64,000 nt of DNA from Blastocatellia bacterium (lineage in GTDB: Bacteria; Acidobacteriota; Blastocatellia; UBA7656). Every line of letters begins with the position of its first letter. The stretch's first letter is position 1. The translations under genes and the position numbers were made by a program. The notes under the pieces are model-generated. The model ran no database searches, had not been told where the DNA came from, and saw only the letters and a program-made list of their open reading frames with translations. Positions 50,750-61,038 of this stretch are shown one piece after another. The stretch covers positions 1 through 64,000 of the forward strand of contig CAVXWP010000005.1 in assembly GCA_963765495.1 (NCBI GenBank), given 5' to 3'.

Positions 50750-50831
50750 AAGACGAACTGAGAAAGGCAATCTCTCTTTTCAGATAAAAGGATGCTAAAC
50801 ATAGACGAGCGCCGTCTGCCGCGGGGCCGTT

Positions 50832-51584
50832 TCAGGATTCTTGCGGCCCTGTGGCCGCCTCGGCCGATTCAGCCGTATCAGCGCGATAATAGAGAATCCG
50901 TCCGCAGCTTTCACAGGTAATCAAATCCTCACCCTTGCGAACATCGCTGAACACCTTTGGTCGGATCTTCATTCTGCACGCAGAACATATGCGATCATTG
51001 CGAACTTCGGCAAGCACCTGCCCCCGCTTGATCCGCGTCATGCGGTCATAGGTGGAGAACAAGGGCTTGGAGATCGTTTCTGCCAACTGCTTTCGGCGCT
51101 CGCCGAGCGCCACCAGTTGCCGCTCAGCCTCCTGGCGCTCGCCGTCAAGCCCAGCAAGTATTTGATCGACCTCTGTTCGCCTGCTTTCCACCTCGGGAGC
51201 GTCGGCAGTAATGCGGGCTTCGAGTTTTTCGATCTCCTCCATTCGCTTGAGAATCTCGGTTTCAAACCCGCCTATCTGTTTTTTTGTCGCGTCTATCTCG
51301 CGCAGGGCCGTGGCATATTCCTTCTGATTGCGCACGCGCATAAGGTCCTGCTTGTATTTTTCGTGGTGTTCTTGAGTGGTGGCGAGTTCGGATTCCAGGT
51401 TCTTGCGATCTGCGAGGGTTTGCTGGTATTCGCTCTTTAAGGCCAGAAACTCGGCCGCGCCTTGATCAAACTCGGTTTCTATTTGATCACGTTCTGCCGG
51501 TATTTTTTGAATCCGGTCGGCAAGACGTTGTATCTCAAGATCGAGTTCCTGTAGCTCAATGAGCTGACTCAATTCAGGACTCAC
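50832..51584 (-). CDS. Coiled-coil C4 zinc-ribbon protein (DUF164 family)
   Basis: LIELQELD start, long coiled coil, CSAC...CESCGRILY. Confidence 0.9.
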   Translation of the reverse strand: MSPELSQLIELQELDLEIQRLADRIQKIPAERDQIETEFDQGAAEFLALKSEYQQTLADRKNLESELATTQEHHEKYKQDLMRVRNQKEYATALREIDATKKQIGGFETEILKRMEEIEKLEARITADAPEVESRRTEVDQILAGLDGERQEAERQLVALGERRKQLAETISKPLFSTYDRMTRIKRGQVLAEVRNDRICSACRMKIRPKVFSDVRKGEDLITCESCGRILYYRADTAESAEAATGPQES

Positions 51585-51681
51585 ATGTACCCTCCAATCA
51601 TTCAAGCGGAAGTCTACTACATCGAATCGCGTTTCTCAAGCACGTCTCAATACAGATTAGTGAGCCACTTGTGAAATGCGA

Positions 51682-54369
51682 TCAATAGATCAGATATTTC
51701 CGCCTGATGCGCCCGTATTCGGCAAGCCCTCCCTGCCAGCTAGCCGCTATCGCCGAAGTGCTTCTCCCTTCCTTGAGCGCCATAAACGCCGCGCGGTTTG
51801 CAAGCAGACGCGTGTAATCGTCAACTTTCCATATGCCCGGATAAAGATGGTTCAGGTGATATGCGATCTCTATCCCCATAGCCACGGGGCGAAACGAGGA
51901 GCGATCCGTGATTATTATATTCACGCCGCCACACTCCGTGCCTGCGAACTTCGAACTGCCGGGAGTAAAGCGCGTAGGCACAAACCGCGCGCCTGTTACC
52001 CCTGCTCGATTCAGCGTCGCGGCCAGTTTCTCTCCGTCGAGCCAGGGGGCTCCTATGATTTCAAACGGCGTATCGGTCCCGCGCCCAACCGACAGATTGG
52101 TAGTCTCAAGCAAACCCACACCCGGATAGAGAAGGGCTTCGGTGAGGCTTCGCATGTTTGGCGAAGGATTGACCCATCTGAGCGCCGTGCCGTCAAAATA
52201 GTCTGCGCGCCGCCAGCCCTCCATCTCGATCACCATAAGGTCTGCGCCCACTTTGCGCTCCGAATTATAGAGCCGCGCAAACTCGCCCACCGTCAGGCCA
52301 TGCCGCACGGGAAGCGCATAGGGAGCCGTAAAATCCTGGCCGGTTGTCAACTCGCTGTCGGCAACCGGGCCTTCGATGTCATATCCGTTTATGGGATTTG
52401 GTCGATCCAGCACTACAAACCTTATCCCGGCTTTTGCCGCCTCTTCCATCGCCCACGCGCAGGTGGTTATATAGGTATAAAAGCGCGTGCCGATGTCCTG
52501 TATGTCAAAGACCAGGGCATCTATTCCGCGCAGCATCTCAGGTTGAGGGCGCTCGCGCCCCTTTGCGTAAAGGCTGTAAATGGGAAGCCTCGTCTTCTCA
52601 TCCCGCGCGGTCTCGTTTATCGGCGCATCTTCGGTTCCGCGCAATCCATGCTCGGGCGCAAAGATCGCGACAAGCTTCAGATTCTTTGCCTCGGCGAGCG
52701 TGTCTATGGTAGAGCGTCCCTTGCTATCACACCCGGTTTGATTTGTTATAAGCCCGATTCTTTTGCCTTCGAGTTGTCTGAATCCGTCGCGTTCGAGAAC
52801 ATCTATCCCGGTCATCACAGGATGCAACGGCCCCGAAGGCGCGGCGCGGTTGAAATTGGGACGCGGCGTTTCTGCGTACATGGGCGCGGCCAGAAAATCG
52901 AATATAGGCGTATACGGAGGTTCGGTTATCGACCCTGCCACGATTGAGGCTACTGCCGAGCGCAGCCCCGTGACGCTGCCCTTGCCGTCCGGGTGAACGC
53001 GGTTGGCGAGCAGCACGACAAAGGTCTGGCTCGCCGGGTCCAGCCAGATGCTCGTGCCGGTGAACCCCGTGTGGCCGAATGTGCCTACGGGGAAAAGGTC
53101 TCCGCGATTTGAAGAGAAGACCGTGTTTACATCCCAGCCTATGCCGCGCATCTCGGATGCAGGCAGAGAGTGCGCGCTCACCATGCGTTTGATTGTGTAG
53201 GGGGCGAGTATACGCGTTCCCGCATACTCGCCTCCGTTGAGCATCATCTGACAGAAGATGGCCAGATCATCTGCCGTAGAGAAAAGCCCCGCGTGTCCCG
53301 CCACCCCGCCCATCTCGTAAGAGCGCGGGTCGTGCACTTCTCCGCGCATCCATCGCCCCTCGCGGTTTTCCGTGGGAGCGATGCGGGCCGGGGACCGGGG
53401 GCCGGGGGCCGGGGGCCGGTTTAATGAATCGCGAGATGATTTCTGTGCCGATTTGTTTTCAGGAAATGGGTCTTTCGGCAATTCCTCCTGCCCCCGGCCC
53501 CCCGCCCCCGGCCTCCAGAAAGTCTCTCTCATTCTAAGAGGCGTGAAGATATTGCGCTCGGCAAATTCATCGAGAGCGAGGCCCGAAACCCGGCGGATGA
53601 TTTCGGCGGCGACAATGTATCCGACATCCGAATAGACGAACCGCGTGCCCGGTTCATAGCCGGGGCGTAATTTATAAATCTCTTCGAGAGCGTTGACCCT
53701 TACGCCTGCGTAATCGCTGATGTCGTTATCGGGCGGAAGCCCGGCGCGATGAGTCAGCAATTGCTCGATGGTTATGCGCTCTTTCCCGTATTGCGCAAAT
53801 TCCGGGATGTAGCGCGCCACGGGGTCTGCCAGGCTCAGTTGTCCGCGCTCAACCAGAATCATCATCGAAGTGGCCGTGGCAATGACTTTTGTAAGCGACG
53901 CGAGATCGAATATCGTGTCTGCGGTCATCGGTTCGCGGGCGGGTTCTGTGGCGCGGTCGCCGAAAGCCTTGCGGTAAACGACGCGGCCAAGACGTGCAAC
54001 CAGCACGACCGCGCCCGGCGTCTCTTTGCCGGAGATTGATTCACTCACCACCTTATCAATCTGCGCAAGCCTTTCGCTCGACATCCCGACCGACTCGGGT
54101 TTTGCCCGAGTGAGCCTGCGTGAAACCCGGTCCTTCGCCGTATCGGTTTTGCGCTGACCCGATGCGAGCGCGGGCAGAAGCAGCGTGATTGCCGTCAGTG
54201 CGGATATCAGCGTTTTTGCGGGATTACGAAGTCGCTCGACGGCGCTCCTGAGATTTGAAATCTGATATCGGAAATTTGACATCTCAAATCGGAAATCGGA
54301 AATTTCAACTCTCTGATGAAATTGTCTGGGGAAACATCTATTCATTTCGAATCTCAAATCACGAATCAC
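51682..54369 (-). CDS. Beta-lactamase-family serine hydrolase fused to DUF1343 (NamZ-type exo-beta-N-acetylmuramidase); start uncertain
   Basis: ASLTK, YSD, GHTGFTG, then APEHG, DIQDIGTRFYTY, DRPNP, SPNM. Confidence 0.9.
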   Translation of the reverse strand: MIRDLRFEMNRCFPRQFHQRVEISDFRFEMSNFRYQISNLRSAVERLRNPAKTLISALTAITLLLPALASGQRKTDTAKDRVSRRLTRAKPESVGMSSERLAQIDKVVSESISGKETPGAVVLVARLGRVVYRKAFGDRATEPAREPMTADTIFDLASLTKVIATATSMMILVERGQLSLADPVARYIPEFAQYGKERITIEQLLTHRAGLPPDNDISDYAGVRVNALEEIYKLRPGYEPGTRFVYSDVGYIVAAEIIRRVSGLALDEFAERNIFTPLRMRETFWRPGAGGRGQEELPKDPFPENKSAQKSSRDSLNRPPAPGPRSPARIAPTENREGRWMRGEVHDPRSYEMGGVAGHAGLFSTADDLAIFCQMMLNGGEYAGTRILAPYTIKRMVSAHSLPASEMRGIGWDVNTVFSSNRGDLFPVGTFGHTGFTGTSIWLDPASQTFVVLLANRVHPDGKGSVTGLRSAVASIVAGSITEPPYTPIFDFLAAPMYAETPRPNFNRAAPSGPLHPVMTGIDVLERDGFRQLEGKRIGLITNQTGCDSKGRSTIDTLAEAKNLKLVAIFAPEHGLRGTEDAPINETARDEKTRLPIYSLYAKGRERPQPEMLRGIDALVFDIQDIGTRFYTYITTCAWAMEEAAKAGIRFVVLDRPNPINGYDIEGPVADSELTTGQDFTAPYALPVRHGLTVGEFARLYNSERKVGADLMVIEMEGWRRADYFDGTALRWVNPSPNMRSLTEALLYPGVGLLETTNLSVGRGTDTPFEIIGAPWLDGEKLAATLNRAGVTGARFVPTRFTPGSSKFAGTECGGVNIIITDRSSFRPVAMGIEIAYHLNHLYPGIWKVDDYTRLLANRAAFMALKEGRSTSAIAASWQGGLAEYGRIRRKYLIY
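53385..53515. repeat. GC-rich palindromic heptamer element inside the hydrolase CDS
   Basis: (GGGGGCC)n left arm and CCCCCGG/CCCCCG right arm around an AT-richer spacer. Confidence 0.75.
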
Positions 54370-54370
54370 G
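54248..54370. repeat. ATTTGAA/ATCTCAA heptamer element overlapping the gene junction
   Basis: GAGATTTGAAATCTGA...ATCTCAAATC; similar tracts at 22277-22292 and 49793-49830. Confidence 0.65.
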
Positions 54371-55850
54371 AATCATGTAGCTCAGACGATTTCGCGGCAG
54401 GCAGATCATCGAGTGCGAGGCTCGCAAGATAGCCGGTCGCAAACGTCACTATTGATCCTATCAGCACAAACCACGGCCAGGCCACCGTCACTCCGAAAGA
54501 CGGCAACACGAAATTCACGATAAGCATAAACAGTATGCCGAATACGAGCCCTGTCAGCGCGCTCTTTTCGAGCACGCGAGTTGTGAGCGTGCCGAGGAAA
54601 AAGAGTCCGAGTATGGGGCCGTTTGTGAATGCCGCTACCGCAAGCACCTGATTGACGATTGATTCGTTGAAGCCAGTCCCGCCTGTTGCCACACAGATTT
54701 GCACCACGCCCCAGAAGACGGTCATCCATCGCGATATTTTCAGATAGTGCGCCTCACTCGCCTCGGGTTTGATCATAGGGCGATAGAAATCGGTAAGCGA
54801 TGTCGTAGCCGATGAATTCAGCGATGACGACAGCGTAGACATGGCCGCCGCAAACGTTGCCGCGATGACAAGCCCCGCCACCCCCGTCGGCAGTTCGTGT
54901 ACGATGAAGTAAGGAAATACGCGGTCGGCACGAGCAAACCCGGTTGCGGGCGGGAAGTGACTGTAAAAGACATAAAGCCCCGCGCCGATCATCAAAAAGA
55001 GCGCGAATTGCGCAAGCACTATGACTCCGCTTGCAAGCAACGCCGTGGCCGCCTGTCTGGAAGACCGAGCGCACAGATAACGCTGCGCCATCATCTGATC
55101 TGTTCCGTGTGTGGCCGTCGTAAGAAATGCGCCGCCTACGAGCCCTGCCCAGAAAGTGTAGGCTCTCGACAGGCTGAATATAAAATCGAAGACCTGAAAT
55201 TTGCCCGCCGCCTGCCCCATCGCTACATATTCGCTCCAGCCGCCCGGTATTCGGTCAAGCAGAATGTACCCGGCTATCACGGCCCCCGCGATGTATATGA
55301 ACAGTTGGGAAACGTCGGTCCATATTACGGCCCTCATCCCGCCGAGATATGTGTACAAGATAGTGATCGCGCCGATGATGATTATGGAGAAGGCAAAGCT
55401 CCAGCCCGTGATCTCGCGCAGCACTATGGCCGTAAGCAGCAGGCGGAGCCCATCGGCCAGACTTCGCGTTATCAAAAACAGAAAGGCCGCGGCGCGCTTT
55501 GCCCGGGGGCCGAACCTCTGATCCAGCACCTGATAAACCGTAAACAGGTCGCCGCGAAAATAGAGCGGTATGAAGAGCCACACGATCACGGCCCTTCCAA
55601 GCAAATAGCCGAAGGCCAGTTGCAGGAAAGTCATGTTGCCGCCAAAGGCAAGCCCCGGAATGCTTATGAATGTAGCGGTGCTGGTTTCGGTCGCTACGAT
55701 TGAAAAGGTTATAGCCCACCACGGCACATCGCGGTTGCCTACAAAATAATCGCGTATGTTTTTCTGATTGCGCCCGAAGTACCAGCCAAACAGCATCACC
55801 TGGGCCACGTATAGGATGATGATTATCAGGTCGAGCGCCTGTAATTGCAT
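54366..55850 (-). CDS. Sodium:solute symporter
   Basis: SIVATETS, GGMRAVIWTD, GTDQMMAQRYL, AAAMSTLSSSLNS. Confidence 0.92.
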   Translation of the reverse strand: MQLQALDLIIIILYVAQVMLFGWYFGRNQKNIRDYFVGNRDVPWWAITFSIVATETSTATFISIPGLAFGGNMTFLQLAFGYLLGRAVIVWLFIPLYFRGDLFTVYQVLDQRFGPRAKRAAAFLFLITRSLADGLRLLLTAIVLREITGWSFAFSIIIIGAITILYTYLGGMRAVIWTDVSQLFIYIAGAVIAGYILLDRIPGGWSEYVAMGQAAGKFQVFDFIFSLSRAYTFWAGLVGGAFLTTATHGTDQMMAQRYLCARSSRQAATALLASGVIVLAQFALFLMIGAGLYVFYSHFPPATGFARADRVFPYFIVHELPTGVAGLVIAATFAAAMSTLSSSLNSSATTSLTDFYRPMIKPEASEAHYLKISRWMTVFWGVVQICVATGGTGFNESIVNQVLAVAAFTNGPILGLFFLGTLTTRVLEKSALTGLVFGILFMLIVNFVLPSFGVTVAWPWFVLIGSIVTFATGYLASLALDDLPAAKSSELHDS

Positions 55851-55866
55851 ACGAGTCGCTGTTCAA

Positions 55867-56940
55867 TCAGCCTACTGAATCGGAGTCGAGCAGGACCGCC
55901 CGCGAAAGGTTTGGCGGCGCGTCCGGGTTCATGCCGTAAAGCGTCGCTCGCCAGTAAGCCAGCAACTGACCTGTGTGGGCATAGAGCGCGGGGCGAAAAA
56001 TCTCTGAGATATTGCCGCCGATTACAAGCCTTTGATGATGCCCGGCGGCGGCGGATTCTGTTTCTTCGTCGATCAGGAGCGCGTGAGCGCCCGCGGATCG
56101 AATCTCTTCGAGCAAGGTTTTTATATGCGGGCGCTCGGCTGCGGTCGGGAAGATGACGACCTGACTCGCAGAGTCGAGCGCGGCTTTCGGGCCGTGGCGA
56201 AATTCAAGCGAGCGATGTCCGGCGGCCCAGACGAGCGCCATCTCAGTCATCTTGAGCGCGCATTCGTCGGCTGTGCCTTTCATCGCGCCTGAGCCGAGAA
56301 AGAAGAATTTGTCGATGCTCTTATCGGCTGCAATCGCTTTTAAAATTTGTTCGCTTTTGTCGAGCGCGCCGGAAATCAGTTCCGGTATTCGCCCGATCTC
56401 GTCCGCGTAACGACTGCCCGTAGCGCCGTCGGCCAGAAGGTAAAGCCCCGTCAGCATGCAGGTAAACGCCTGAGTCATTACTACGGATCGCTCGAGACAC
56501 TCTACAAAGGCGATCTCTTTGTCACAGACTTCGGCCACCGCGCCGCCCGTTTCGCCTGTTATGGCAAGCGAGCGGGCCTCGCGCTCGCGCGTCAATCGCT
56601 CGACGGCGAGTTTTACCTCCGTAGTCGAGCCGCTGCGGGAGATGGCAATCACAAGCGGGCGGGCATCTTTCGCCAGATAATAATCGGCCGAATTCATCAA
56701 CTCTGAGGACGGCACGGCCGCCACCCTGCGACCGAGCAGGCGGCTCCAGGCAAAAGACGCGCACACGGCCAGATGATGCGACGAACCGCACCCGGTCAGG
56801 ATTATGTCTGTGTACTGATTGAGCGGAAGCAACGACCGGACAAGATTGAGCCGTGCCGGAGCGCGTTCGACCGTCTCTTGCGAGGAGTGCGCCTGGTTGT
56901 GAATCTCTGTGAATGTAGCCGATGAATTTTCCGGGTTCAT
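55867..56940 (-). CDS. Double SIS-domain sugar-phosphate isomerase/deaminase (AgaS/GlmS C-terminal-like)
   Basis: TGCGSS, ISRSGSTTE, SVVMT, ALKMTE, EFRHGP, NPDAP.NLSRAV. Confidence 0.88.
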   Translation of the reverse strand: MNPENSSATFTEIHNQAHSSQETVERAPARLNLVRSLLPLNQYTDIILTGCGSSHHLAVCASFAWSRLLGRRVAAVPSSELMNSADYYLAKDARPLVIAISRSGSTTEVKLAVERLTREREARSLAITGETGGAVAEVCDKEIAFVECLERSVVMTQAFTCMLTGLYLLADGATGSRYADEIGRIPELISGALDKSEQILKAIAADKSIDKFFFLGSGAMKGTADECALKMTEMALVWAAGHRSLEFRHGPKAALDSASQVVIFPTAAERPHIKTLLEEIRSAGAHALLIDEETESAAAGHHQRLVIGGNISEIFRPALYAHTGQLLAYWRATLYGMNPDAPPNLSRAVLLDSDSVG

Positions 56941-57692
56941 ATCAAGCCTGTTTGCGAATTTATCCGAAACGCGAATGATGTTTATAACTGCCCCCGAGTG
57001 ATTTGTACAGCCACTCGCTTGTCGGGGCCGATTTTAGCGCCAAACGCAGGGAGCATACCATTTCCAGGTACTTGCGGGGTGTATAGAGTCTTTCCACGGG
57101 CGGTACTTAATTCCCATAAGATTTAGCAATCTTGTAACCACGCGACTTCACAGAGGCCGGGCGATTTGAAATACTTTTTCGAGAACCCGCCTGAAAGTCG
57201 GTACTTAGCCGTCATCCGGCACGAATATCCTTCCACAAATCATTATGGCATACCGCGTGCGGGTCATCCCTAAAGAGAGTGTCGATCCTTGTTTAGGCAA
57301 TGGACAATACCTGAGGCCAGGACGGTATCGGCAATGCGGGTTGTGGATTTCGGAACACGGAATGCGGATTCGCAACGAGCGGATAATAGTCTTCCTGATC
57401 TGCAATCCGCAAAAACTCTTGATCACCGTAAAGCAACTCTACCCGCTATTCATATGCTGATCATATGCGGAATGATTTTGCCGTAGAGTTACGGATGAAA
57501 AAAACGTAGCGTCTTTGCGGGAACCTACCGCTCGCAAAGACGTTAAAAATTCCCTGAGAGCTATAAGGGTTTGCTCTGTATTTATCGGTTGTAAATTTTG
57601 TGTGCAAGTGAAACCGACATTGTTATAATCTTCGGGCTGAACTAGCGCTCCTCTCATCGTTCATAAAAGTATATTTTTTCGGAGGCTGTCCC

Positions 57693-60618
57693 ATGATAAC
57701 CATATCGGTAAAGCGCAAATTGTATGTCGTAGTATTTGTAGCAATAATTCTTCTGGTCTTCACCTGTCAGTTTCCGACTGCTGTTACAGGCGCAGGGCCG
57801 CAGCAGCCTTCGAAAGAAGAAGCTACCCGCAATTTAGAGGTCACGCGGGATTTCGATCTGCGGAGCAGTCGCCCGCGCCGCCCGGCAGACATCAACCTGG
57901 AACAGAAGAAGCGGTCGCTTGTCGTTGGACGCTTCCTCGCTCAAGGGCTTGATTCTGAGATGGGATGAGGAGCTTGATTTGCCTCGTCATCTGTTATCAC
58001 TCAGCGCGCCGCTGACCGGACCTTCAAATGATGACCCACTGACAATCGCTCGTAATTTCGTGCTTGAAAACTTCGGTCTGTTTCGCCTTGACTCCGGCCA
58101 TCTCGAAACCGCTCGCGTCTCTGCCATGACGGTTGATGAGCGAGCCGGATTCACTCGTTTAGCCCTGGAGCAACGGGTAAACGGCATACGTGTCTTTGAT
58201 TCGGATATGGTCTTTGTCATCGACCGGAAGGGGCAGGTATTGACAGAATCCGGGAGCTTTATCCCCGAAATAGAGATTCACGCGCCGGAGCCGTCCACGG
58301 CTGTTCTCGCGCCGGAACAGGCGCTCGCCCTCGCCGCCGCAAGTTGCGGGGCTCAATTAAAAGCGCCCATTCGGGCCACCCTCGAAAGCACCCCCGCGCG
58401 CCAGAGAGTAGTCTTTTCATCGGAGGAACTCGACAGCCGCAGCGAGGCCAGTGTGGTCTATTACGCGGTCTCACCTGCGGATGCGAGGGTTGCCTTTCAG
58501 GTATTGCTCTACGGCGTGCCAAAGATGACTGATTCGTATCTGGTCCTGGTGGATGCCCTTACAGGAGAGACGCTCAAACGCCAACGGCTCACTTATGAAA
58601 TGGCTAATCCAGAAGGGCGTGTGTTTACGAAAGAGAATCCCGATGTTTCCGGGACGCGCGAACTGGTATCTTTTGCTGGCGAGGCGCTGGCTTCGCCTCA
58701 AGGGTGGGTCGAGCAGGGCCGCACATCAGGAAATAACGTCGAGGTGCAATTCAATCCCAAAGCTAAGAGCAAGGGCGGCGATGTTATAGAAGCAACGAGC
58801 GACGGCAACTTCGATTTCCCGCTCGATCTGACGCGCCCGCCCATCGAATCTTTTCAGGCGTCGGCCACAAATCTTTTCTACTGGGTCAACGTTGCGCACG
58901 ACAGGTTTTATTCGCTTGGTTTTACCGAATCGGCGCGCAACTTTCAGCAAGAAAACTTTGATCGAGGCGGACGGGGCGGCGACAGCGTTTTGGCCCAAAC
59001 TCTTCTCAGCGCGCAACTCAATCCTTCAAAAACTCCGAAGGCCATGCGCAACAATGCCTACTTTCAGCCTACCACGGACGGCATCAATCCAATGCTCGTT
59101 ATGCTCGCCTGGACGCTATTAGGAGGCGTGGACCGCGACAGTTCTTATGACGCGGGAGTGATCATACACGAATACACTCACGGCGTTTCAACCAGGCTCA
59201 CGGGAACCGATAATAGTATCGGTCTCGCATCGGCTCAGGGGCGGGGCATGGGTGAGGGCTGGTCGGATTTCTTTGCCATCTCATTTCTCGATAACGGAGA
59301 CCGCGCACTCGATGCGCCCGTCGTTGTGGGAGAGTACCTGATAGGCCCGCAGGGGGTTCGCGAGTTTCCCTACAGCACGAATTTCGACCTGAACCCGCTT
59401 ACTTTCGCCGATATTGAAACCAACACAGAATCGCACGCGGTTGGGACCGTATGGTGCACGATACTCTATGATTTAAGGCAATCGCTCATATCGCGCTACG
59501 GCTTTGAGGCCGGGCGGGAGGCGGCCGAGCAATTAGTGGTCGATGGCCTCAAGCTCACCCCCTTTGCGCCCTCCTTCATAGATGCGCGTAACGCCATACT
59601 GCTCGCGGATCAGATGACCAATTCAGGGGCGAATCAGGGTTTGATCTGGAAGGCTTTTGCCAGACGCGGAATGGGCGCCTCTGCGGCTGCGACCTCGGGC
59701 GATTTCAGTTCAACCGGGATAGAGGGCATCATAGAAGGGTATGATGTGCCGCCTCAGTTTTCAGCCGGCTCGCTTGTGATAAATGACAAATTACCCGCCC
59801 CGGCTGCCGTAGGAGAACCGCTCCCGCTTGTAGTGACGGATTTGGACCTGCTCGAGTCGGCTTCGGTTGAAGTGCGCGCAGCAAACCTCAGAACCGGCCA
59901 GGAAGTCCCGCTAACCCTTGAGGCGAGCGAGCCCGGTCGGTTTGCGGGTGGTTTGAGAATTTCCAGACCCGAAGAAGCAGGCGGTCCCCTGGCAGGACTC
60001 CTGGCCGAGCCGGGCGATTCAATCTCGATAACCTATGCCAATGCGCGCAACGAAACGGGCGCGGCTGAAAAGATCGTAGTCCACACCGTAGCCGCGCGCA
60101 GAATCAGCATCCGTGATGAGGGCTTCGAAGAAGGCGCTCAGGGATGGGTATTCCTTCGCAACGGGGATGGCAACAAGAATCTGTGGCACATCACCGACAG
60201 GCTTGGTATAGGCTCTTCTCATTCGCTCTATTACGCGAAGGAGAAACCCAGCAAATCCTTTGTTCCAAAGGATAGCTCGGGAGCCGTCATATCAACCGCG
60301 ATCGATTTGCGAGGAGCGCTTAAACCCAGGCTTGAGTTTGATTACTTTTTCAACGACCAACCGCGCGACTTCGTGATTGCGGAGGTGTTGACTAACTTTT
60401 TTGCCCCGTCCGAAGATCCAACCCGGTCTGCGGTTTTAGGACTGTTGATTCCTGATGAAGCGGTGCAACATCTAACATTCTCTCTGCGCCGGTTTGAAAA
60501 TCACAGCTCCGTGAGCCTGTTATTTCTTTACACCGCATCGTCAAGCGGCACAAATCGCAAGAACTCTATGGGCATCTACATAGACAATATCCGTCTGACC
60601 GCCCTGTCAACCCAATGA
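57693..60618 (+). CDS. Fungalysin (M36) metallopeptidase with FTP propeptide; frameshift between about 57865 and 57920
   Basis: Signal peptide and DFDLR in 57693..57968 (GGAGG RBS); HEYTHG and GEGWSD in 57919..60618. Confidence 0.88.
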
Positions 60619-60633
60619 GATGCCGAGTGCAAA

Positions 60634-60689
60634 GAGATAGCCCGAGCCATCTGTCCCCATATATCTGTCCCACGGCTCGGGCTGTCTCG
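60634..60689 (+). terminator. Hairpin after the M36 gene
   Basis: GAGATAGCCCGAGCC...GGCTCGGGCTGTCTC; no U tract. Confidence 0.45.
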
Positions 60690-61038
60690 CTGACTGCCCT
60701 TTACCCGCTCATCCAACCGGGACGGGAGGCATATAAATTCTCAGGAAACGTTAAAAATTGTCTGAGGAATCAATGCTCCGGGTTGTAAGCTTTGACACCT
60801 AACCGATTAAAAAATTGTTGACTTCATCACAATCCCTTTGTTATAACTCGGCTGTTTCTTTTGTCACACAAGAAGAATAGAACGGCCCGCAGAGTGTAAT
60901 TCACCGGCCATCGGATAAACGCATCAAGTACAAACGACCTGGCGTCACGATAATGCTCTTATATCGATCCGGGTCCATTTCGCTGTTCCACGGCGATTTC
61001 CGGCAGATAATGGATTGTGTGAGGTCATACTTTCGATT

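Noticed and set aside
51676-52947. 423-aa plus-strand ORF and similar long antisense ORFs (8556..9263, 37294..38379, 42089..42931, 63306..63968)
   Set aside because: Shadows of well-supported genes on the opposite strand in GC-rich DNA; no recognisable motifs.
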